DNA of 24,000 nt from an uncultured Gammaproteobacteria bacterium (GTDB lineage Bacteria; Pseudomonadota; Gammaproteobacteria; JAURND01): positions 238,209-262,208 of the forward strand of contig CAVQQD010000002.1 of NCBI GenBank assembly GCA_963714975.1, read 5' to 3'. The notes beneath the pieces are model-generated. The model saw nothing but the letters and a program-made list of their open reading frames with translations, had not been told where the DNA came from and ran no database searches. Numbering within the stretch: position 1 is the first letter of the stretch; the number at the start of each line of letters is the position of its first letter. Both the position numbers and the translations under genes were made by a program. This document shows positions 16,456-22,812 of the stretch, in pieces.

Positions 16456-17474
16456 CAGAATTGAGTAAAATCACTGAATATGTACCTCCTCGCAATGATT
16501 TAGAACGAAAAGTCTGTGATATTTACGCAGCAGTTTTAGGTTTACCACCTACTTCTGTGGGCATTCGGGATAATTTCTTTCGCTTAGGGGGTAATAGTAT
16601 TCTTGCAGTCAAATTAATCGCACTATTAAATAAAAAGTGTAATACTTATTTAAAAGTTGCAGAATTGTTTAGTTCTAAATCTATTCTAGATTTAATAAAA
16701 CTAATAACAACAATGCGTATAAAATATAAGACCATTGTAAAGCTTAATAATGCTAAAAATAAACCATTAATGTTAATGATCCATCCAGGTAATGGTGGGT
16801 GTGAAGTTTACGCAGATTTAGCAAAACGCTCGTCCAATTTTTATGCTTGTTATGGCATAGATAATTATAACTTATATCATAGAGATAAATTTCAAACGCT
16901 GCACAGTCTATCTAATTACTACTTAAGTCTTATAGAAAAACAATTTGACTTAAACAACAAACAAACTGAAATCATATTATTTGGGTGGTCATTAGGGGGT
17001 TTAATTAGTCTTGAAATAGCCAATATCCTAGAGCAACGTAGTCATACTCGCATAAGAGTTTATTTATTAGATACTATTATCGACGACGAACAATTGACAC
17101 AACTAAAACAATTAAATGAAAAAATAATTAAAAAACAAATTTATGAATATTTTAAGAAAAATTATAATAAAAATTATGCACGAAAAATCATTGATAACTT
17201 TAGTATCGAAGAAAAAATAGGTCATGAAAAGATTTCTGATTTTTTGCGTTATACAAAAATAACTTTATTCAAAGCCATGCAGAAAGATACCACAATTGAA
17301 GCAACTGCTTCAATTGGTGAATATATCGAAAATTTACCCTACAACAATGTAGACAAAATTGTACGCGATCTTTCTCAACTGACGGTTGTTAATGTCGAGC
17401 AGGCTAATCACTCAAACATTCTGAAATTTCAGGAAATATTGTTACAGCACTTAGTTAGTCCAAAAATTCTCTAA
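15783..17474 (+). CDS. NRPS terminal fragment in frame 3: the remainder of the last A domain (A5-A10), a PCP and a thioesterase. It is a continuation of the upstream ORF across a frameshift, not an independent gene.
   Basis: The translation begins mid-domain (..[13 protein letters not shown] = A5) and continues with [45 protein letters not shown] and NGKLDR. It then shows PCP [8 protein letters not shown] (Ser codon 16596-16598) and the TE motif GWSLGG (16983-17000). The TTG 'start' at 15783 has no RBS logic. Confidence 0.9.
   Translation: [563 protein letters not shown]
16480..16700 (+). other. NRPS domain: terminal PCP/T
   Basis: [16 protein letters not shown]; Ser codon at 16596-16598. 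Confidence 0.8.
16740..17471 (+). other. NRPS domain: type I thioesterase (chain release)
   Basis: [16 protein letters not shown] (GxSxG) at 16983-17000, and a C-terminal position in the synthetase. The middle of the domain is very Lys/Asn/Ile-rich. Confidence 0.8.
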
Positions 17475-17526
17475 TTCCTTGAGGAAGTTTGATTTGGGTC
17501 TTAGCCTTATAACGCATCTCATATAC

Positions 17527-17850
17527 CTATCCGATGCACATAAATCGGTCAGCAATTCTCGCTGAAACCCTATTCCCCGACGGGTCCTGCCGCGGCACCC
17601 CACCGTGCTCGTAGCATCATATCCCTTCTCCCACAATGCTTTTTTGTGGGAGAAAAGGTGGCCGCCAGGCCGAATGAGGGTGTTTGAAATGGCTATAAGA
17701 AGGGATATGATGCTACTGCGCGCGATGGGGTCCCCGCCTCCACGTCACCCGCCGGTGTAATGACGGAGCAGGAGAATTGTTGCTTTTTTTTGATCTCATT
17801 GATCCGTGATAAGGCTTCAGTGGGAATTGCTGACCGAGTGCATCGGATAG
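17527..17850. repeat. GC-rich foldback element with nested inverted repeats (MITE- or REPIN-like), non-coding
   Basis: Outer inverted repeat: 17527-17539 with 17838-17850 (13/13) and 17545-17558 with 17824-17837 (14/14), with a 5-nt bulge at 17540-17544. Inner inverted repeat: gtagcatcatatcccttct 17611-17629 with 17698-17716 (19/19), extending imperfectly to ~17594 and ~17733. Central hairpin: ttctcccaca 17626-17635 with tgtgggagaa 17645-17654 (10 bp, 9-nt loop). Confidence 0.75.
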
Positions 17851-17977
17851 CTCCCACAAGGGGAGAAGGAAAATCTACCCACTCGATTCTACATAGAACC
17901 AAAATTATTTTATTGAAAATTGATTTTTGCATGATACAGTGGCCAGTAATATTTAAGGTTTTTAAAAGGAGATAGGA

Positions 17978-18715
17978 TTGCAAACTTTAACAATCAGTGG
18001 TGGTTCTTCTGGCATTGGTTTAGCCACTGCCAAACGCTTTGCCCAAGCGGGTTATCGTATTTTTAACTTAGACGTCCAAGAGCCCTGGGAAGAGATTCCA
18101 TCGGCAATTTATATTCCTTGTGATGTTTCACGCGTTAGTGAGATCAAAGAGGCAGTTGACAAAATTACGCAACAAACCTCTCGCGTCGATGCCTTAGTGT
18201 GCAATGCTGGCATTCACTTATCGGCCAATGTACAGCAAACCTCCGAAGAGGATTTTCAACGCGTGATGGATGTAAATTTCAAAGGTTGTTTTTTTCTCAC
18301 TCAAGCCATCCTGCCCTTGATGATTCCTCATCGCCGAGGCGCTATTGCCTATTTGGGTTCCGATCAAAGCCTTATCGCCAAGACCAATTCGGCTGCATAC
18401 GGAGCCAGTAAAGCGGCGCTGGCCAGTCTTGCCAAAACTACGGCCATTGATTATGCCTCAGTAGGCATCCGCGCTAATTTAATCGCCGCTGGCACGATTG
18501 ATACTCCGCTCTATCGATCGGTCATACAACGCTATTGCCAACGCACTGGGGCCGATTTTAATGTGGTCAATCAAGCAGAAGCCGACCTCCAACCTCTTGG
18601 CCGGCTTGGCACTACAGCAGAAGTCGCTGAGCTAATTTATTTCCTCTGCAGCGAACAGGCTGGCTTTATTACCGGCGCTGTTTATCCGATAGATGGGGGT
18701 TACACCGCGAGATAA
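17978..18715 (+). CDS. Short-chain dehydrogenase/reductase (SDR) family oxidoreductase
   Basis: GGSSGIG nucleotide-binding motif near the N-terminus, NAG motif (VCNAGI), catalytic Ser...YGASK (YxxxK). TTG start at 17978 with an aggag RBS at 17967-17971. Confidence 0.88.
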   Translation: MQTLTISGGSSGIGLATAKRFAQAGYRIFNLDVQEPWEEIPSAIYIPCDVSRVSEIKEAVDKITQQTSRVDALVCNAGIHLSANVQQTSEEDFQRVMDVNFKGCFFLTQAILPLMIPHRRGAIAYLGSDQSLIAKTNSAAYGASKAALASLAKTTAIDYASVGIRANLIAAGTIDTPLYRSVIQRYCQRTGADFNVVNQAEADLQPLGRLGTTAEVAELIYFLCSEQAGFITGAVYPIDGGYTAR

Positions 18716-18740
18716 TATGAAGTGGTTCTGGCCTGTGGGG

Positions 18741-18784
18741 GCACCTTCTCCCGCAGAAAGACACTGCGGGATTTCTGCAGAAGG
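18741..18784. terminator. Hairpin or REP-like palindrome between convergent SDR and dps; candidate bidirectional terminator
   Basis: cccgcag 18750-18756 pairs with ctgcggg 18764-18770. An outer ccttct / agaagg pairing is possible. It lies between the stop codons at 18713-18715 (+) and 18789-18791 (-). Confidence 0.45.
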
Positions 18785-18788
18785 ATGG

Positions 18789-19358
18789 TTAAATCACCTG
18801 TGTCTCATACAAGAACCAAGTACGACGCTCAGTTTCGTCAATGAACACTTCTAAGAGACTAGCAGTACCCACATCATTATGATCAGCACACACTTGATGG
18901 GCAGCACGCAGTCGCGCTGTTAGCGCTTTATTTTCTTCCATCAACCGATGAATCATTTCTGGGGCTTCGACCAGGGCATCATTATCGTCAACCACACTTT
19001 GTAATTGTCCAATATGTTGAATGGAATGGATGGTTAAGCGTCCTAATTTACGTATTCGTTCAGCTAAGGCATCAATCATGGCAAAAATTTGTCCAGCTTG
19101 TTCATCGAGCAATAAGTGATAATCACGATAATGACTACCCGACATATGCCAATGGTAATTTTTAGTTTTCACAAACAAAGCAAAGGCATCTGCCACCAAA
19201 GGATTCACAGCTGCCGCAATATCATTGCGCGCTTTTTCGCCAAGATCGCTAGGAGTGGCCAACTTACTTGGGACCCCGACAAATATAGATTGTGGTTGTT
19301 TCATAATAGCACTCCCATAGATATCAGTTTCGAGTTGAGAAAATAATAAGTCAGACAT
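18789..19358 (-). CDS. dps: Dps-family DNA-binding ferritin-like protein
   Basis: KNYHWHMSGSHYRDYHLLLDEQ ferroxidase-centre pattern and overall Dps-like sequence. There is an aggagg RBS just upstream of the ATG at 19358. Confidence 0.9.
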   Translation of the reverse strand: MSDLLFSQLETDIYGSAIMKQPQSIFVGVPSKLATPSDLGEKARNDIAAAVNPLVADAFALFVKTKNYHWHMSGSHYRDYHLLLDEQAGQIFAMIDALAERIRKLGRLTIHSIQHIGQLQSVVDDNDALVEAPEMIHRLMEENKALTARLRAAHQVCADHNDVGTASLLEVFIDETERRTWFLYETQVI

Positions 19359-19522
19359 TTTACCTCCTTGTAATAAGAAAATTATAGCCCTTTATTTACT
19401 TGATTGCTAAAATTTTATCTCATTTATTTGGTATTGCAAGGCAACCCTTAATAAATCCCTAATTTTTATCTGTTAAAGTAAGCAGAAAAATTAACCTTAA
19501 TCCATTAATGGGACAAATTTTT

Positions 19523-19675
19523 ATGGTTGAGACAGCACATCAACAGGCTGACGGTGGGACTTTTATGGTGGGGGTTATAGTCCCAGGAATATTGTTAGGT
19601 GTTGGAATTCACTATGCGATAAGTAGCGTTAAAAATAGTATTGACCCCCATAGGAAAAATTTATGCGTCACTTAA
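19523..19675 (+). CDS. Possible small (50 aa) single-pass membrane protein; hypothetical
   Basis: Hand translation: MVETAHQQADGGTFMVGVIVPGILLGVGIHYAISSVKNSIDPHRKNLCVT*. It has one hydrophobic helix and overlaps the phosphatase start by 13 nt. No clear RBS, and below the ORF-track length cutoff. Confidence 0.25.
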   Translation: MVETAHQQADGGTFMVGVIVPGILLGVGIHYAISSVKNSIDPHRKNLCVT

Positions 19676-20733
19676 TAATAAGGTCAGTTTTATTCCTTTG
19701 TATAACAACTAGTGCACTTGCTGAAGAAAGATTGATTTTTGCGGTTGATGTTCTTCGTCATGGTGATAGAACACCTACAATAAATATTCCTAAAGCACCT
19801 TATCATTGGAAGGAGGGGTTAGGACAATTGACCGCCAAGGGTATGCAGCAAGAATATTTCCTTGGTGCTAATTTAAGGAAAATTTATGTGGACAAGTATC
19901 ACTTGCTTCCGTCCCATTATGCTGTTGAAACTTTGTATGTGCGATCTAGCGATGTGGATCGTACTCTTATGAGTGCGCAATCTTTCTTGATGGGATTGTA
20001 CCCGCTAGGAACTGGACCTAGCTTGTCTAAATCAAGAATCCCAGCCTTACCTCAATTATTTCAACCCATACCAATTCATACGATTGCAAAAGACCAAGAT
20101 AATTTGCTGATAACATGGACTAAGTCGCCGGTATTTAAAGAATATTTAAAAAAATATGTTTATTCGACTGCTGAATGGAAAGAGAAAACGACTAAATTGA
20201 CTCCAAAATTTACAAAATGGAGTCAAGCAACGGGTATTAAGATTACCGAACTTTTTCAGCTTATCTCTTTGGGAGACACCTTATATATTAACCAACTTTA
20301 TCAGGTACCGTTACCTGCAGGACTTACGTCTAAAGATGCTCAAGAAATAATTGATGCGGGTCGATGGGCGTTTACGACTGCGTTTAAATCCCAGGAGATA
20401 GGTAAAAATACAGGGAATACACTACTTAGGACAATTGCTAATTATCTACAAGAGGTGGCCGTGGGAAAGACTCAAATAAAATATTTATTATTTTCTTCAC
20501 ACGATAGTACACAATTAAGCTTAATGAGTGCCATGGCGGCTCCTTTGAAGGAGGTTCCACCCTATGCTGCAGATTTAAATTTTTCTTTATTCGAGCATGG
20601 AAAGAATACTTATTATGTAAAAATTTATTTTAATGGGAAAAAAGTCATCATCCCTGGTTGCAATAAAAGTAATATTTGCTCTTTAGCAGAGTTTAATGCA
20701 TTAATTAACCTAAAAAAAGCAGTTGAACTATGA
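19663..20733 (+). CDS. Secreted histidine acid phosphatase (branch-2 histidine phosphatase superfamily)
   Basis: RHGDRTP catalytic motif (19756-19776) and an HD motif in FSSHDST (20499-20504). The N-terminus MRHLIIRSVLFLCITTSALA-EE looks like a Sec signal peptide. Confidence 0.88.
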   Translation: MRHLIIRSVLFLCITTSALAEERLIFAVDVLRHGDRTPTINIPKAPYHWKEGLGQLTAKGMQQEYFLGANLRKIYVDKYHLLPSHYAVETLYVRSSDVDRTLMSAQSFLMGLYPLGTGPSLSKSRIPALPQLFQPIPIHTIAKDQDNLLITWTKSPVFKEYLKKYVYSTAEWKEKTTKLTPKFTKWSQATGIKITELFQLISLGDTLYINQLYQVPLPAGLTSKDAQEIIDAGRWAFTTAFKSQEIGKNTGNTLLRTIANYLQEVAVGKTQIKYLLFSSHDSTQLSLMSAMAAPLKEVPPYAADLNFSLFEHGKNTYYVKIYFNGKKVIIPGCNKSNICSLAEFNALINLKKAVEL

Positions 20734-20739
20734 GAATAA

Positions 20740-22420
20740 TGCGACCCTTATAACAAAATTACAGGGGAAATCGCATGAAACTACCTCCGGCTCCTCTTCA
20801 CCCAACGGGTGAACTGCCACAAGACTTAAAAGAAGAAAATTTATTAGCCAAAAATGTCTCATTAGCCCTAGATACTTTTGGTGGTCGCATCTATGTGGAA
20901 TGGGATCCTCAAGCTGCTGTAACTCCGCTAGGACAATTGGCATTTTTTATTGAATTTTTAAAGATTGGAAATTTATTTAACCCTTGGGTTGAAGATTGTC
21001 CATTGTAATTAGTAAGTCCCAACGCTCCTTCAAATCGTGACATTTTAGGTACGCTGTTATTAGCTGTTTTAGCAGGTCATAGTCGCTATGCTCATATCAC
21101 TACATTGCGTTGTGATGGAGTAAATCCAGATTTATTGGGTATGAAAAAAATAGTGAGTGAAGATTCACTCCGGCGTGCTTTTGTAAAAATGGAAGAAGAA
21201 GCTGGAATAGTATGGCTACAAAAACATTTAAATAAATGTTATGTGCCATTGCTGAGTGTGCCATGGATATTAGATGTTGATACAACAGTTAAAGTACTTT
21301 ATGGAAAACAGGAAGGAGCTGTATTGGGTTATAATCCAACAAAACCTGGCCGCCCTTCTCATACCTATCATTCCTATTTTATCGCCAATTTACGTTTAGT
21401 ACTGGATGTTGAAGTACAGCCTGGTAATCAAATGGCATCCAGTTATTCGGCGCCTGATTTATGGGAATTATTAGATCGTATTCCGCGTGCACAGTGGCCT
21501 CAATTTTTGCGAGGTGATTGTGCTTTTGGTACAGATGGTGTGATGAAAATTGCTGAAGAAAAGCAAATACCCTATTTATTTAAATTGAAATCAACGAAGA
21601 ATGTAAAGCGTTTAATAGAAGAAGTAAAAATGGTTCGTCAAGATTGGTATTTTGCTGATCAGGGCTGGGAAGGGACTGATGCCTTATTGAAATTAGATGG
21701 TTGGGAAAGATCGCGTCGAGTCATCGTGTTGAGAAAAAAAATACAAAAAAATTTAATGCTTATTTCACAACATGCAGGAACAAAACAATTAGAGATATGT
21801 TTTGGTGAGGTTGATGATAAAACCTATGTTTATGAATACGCTGTATTAGTTACTTCATTACCGGATGAAATACTGACTATTGCGCAACATTATCGCGATC
21901 GTGCGGACAGTGAAAATATATTTGATGAATTGAAAAATCAATGGGGTTGGAGCGGGTTTACAACCCAAGACATGAAGCGTTGCCGCTTTATGTCGCGCGT
22001 GGTTGTCTTCTTATTTATAATTGGTGGAATATATTTGCTCGCCTGGCAGAACCTGACAAACATTTAGAAGCTATTACGAGTCGTCCCTTATTATTGCATG
22101 CTATGGCAAAACAAACTGTCCATGCAAGACAAACACACATTGTTATCAGCAGCACGCATGGAAATATTAATAAAGTTCAAATGTTATTAAGCCGCGTGGT
22201 GAAATTTTTTAAAGGATTAAAAAAAGATGCGGAGCAGTTAACACATGATCAATGTTGGTATCGAATTTTGAGCCAAGCAGTAGGAAAATATTTAAATGGA
22301 AAGTCGCTGCAGCCACCACTTGGTTTATCAGCACCCACATAAAATTGAAAAAAAGGTACTTTGTTGGAAGATATTTGATCAGAGTTTTATCGGTTAAGGA
22401 AGTCCTTCAACTGCCGTTTT
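20740..22420 (+). mobile_element. Degenerate IS element (IS4 family); ends not resolved
   Basis: It contains the transposase pseudogene listed next. I could not identify convincing terminal inverted repeats or a target duplication, so the boundaries are approximate. Confidence 0.55.
20775..22342 (+). pseudogene. IS4-family DDE transposase, inactivated by an in-frame TAA (21006-21008) and a frameshift (~21995-22006)
   Basis: Frame 3 reads through ..EDCPL*LVSPNAPSNRDILGTLLLAVLAGHSRYAHITTLRCDGVNPD.. on either side of the stop. The Y-(2)-R-(3)-E-(6)-K signature YRDRADSENIFDELK is at 21891-21935. Candidate DDE residues lie in LDVDTT, RGDCAFG and SENIFDE. The C-terminal part (..LLIYNWWNIFARLAEPDKHLEAITSRPLLL..) continues in frame 2. 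Confidence 0.85.
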
Positions 22421-22455
22421 TAGATTAAGTAGCTTTTTTAAAAAGAGGAGTTTTT

Positions 22456-22752
22456 ATGACTGAGATACAGCAAGAGGGTGACTGTAACAAAAATACTGCC
22501 CATTGGGTTGTTGGAATATTTGGAACACCATTATGTTGGGCTGGTGGATTTTCCTTTGAAGTCAAAGGAATCTGGGGCGCTTCAGTACCTTGTTATGTAG
22601 GGGTTGTGCTTTGTATGGCAGTACTTGCCTACACTGAATATAACAGGCGTAAAAATTTACCGGCTGCAGATAATAGCCCACAAGAGCCTAATGTTGATAA
22701 GGTCAGTGATCAGGACCCCCTCCCTACAACACCCTTATCGATAAATAACTAG
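22456..22752 (+). CDS. Hypothetical small membrane protein (98 aa)
   Basis: Strong gaggag RBS 5 nt upstream of the ATG. Two hydrophobic stretches rich in Gly, Trp and Cys, followed by a polar Pro-rich tail. I recognise no family. Confidence 0.55.
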   Translation: MTEIQQEGDCNKNTAHWVVGIFGTPLCWAGGFSFEVKGIWGASVPCYVGVVLCMAVLAYTEYNRRKNLPAADNSPQEPNVDKVSDQDPLPTTPLSINN

Positions 22753-22757
22753 GGCGG

Positions 22758-22797
22758 GGGGGCGCCCCCTATAATTCCTTCTCCTGGTGGGAGAAGG
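22758..22797. terminator. Palindrome plus hairpin between a convergent hypothetical ORF and icd; candidate bidirectional terminator or REP-like unit
   Basis: gggggcgccccc is a perfect palindrome at 22758-22769. The stem ccttctcc 22777-22784 pairs with ggagaagg 22790-22797 (loop tggtg). Flanking stop codons are at 22750-22752 (+) and 22813-22815 (-). Confidence 0.5.
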
Positions 22798-22812
22798 TGC
22801 CCGGGGATTCTT

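Noticed and set aside
17451-17983. Three small ORFs (17451-17636 minus, 17693-17983 minus, 17760-17975 plus) in the NRPS-SDR spacer
   Set aside because: They overlap each other on both strands and lie across the inverted-repeat arms. Their Arg/Gly/Pro-rich translations (for example ..PTRGEGK..) are typical of read-through of GC-rich palindromic repeats. None has a convincing RBS.
18199-18411. 70-aa alternative-frame ORF inside the SDR gene
   Set aside because: It is nested in a well-supported CDS and has no features of its own.
17978-18715. Calling the SDR an NRPS tailoring enzyme or part of the gene cluster
   Set aside because: It is separated from the NRPS by a ~500 bp repeat-filled spacer and followed by unrelated housekeeping genes. 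Adjacency alone is not sufficient evidence.
19116-19346. 76-aa ORF antisense to dps
   Set aside because: It is antisense to a strongly supported gene that has an RBS, and it has no recognisable motifs.
19359-19662. Promoter calls in the divergent dps / phosphatase intergenic region
   Set aside because: In AT-rich sequence many hexamers resemble -10 and -35 boxes. I could not find a pair with proper spacing that stands out, so none is reported.
20728-21285. Minus-strand ORFs 20728-20943 and 21100-21285
   Set aside because: They are antisense to the transposase pseudogene, have no motifs, and are likely chance ORFs.
20734-22455. Terminal inverted repeats and a target-site duplication for the IS
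   Set aside because: The best candidate pairing (cttataacaaaattac near 20747 with the reverse complement of ggtactttgttggaag near 22355) matches at only about 12 of 16 positions and has no flanking direct repeat. That is too weak to report as the element ends.
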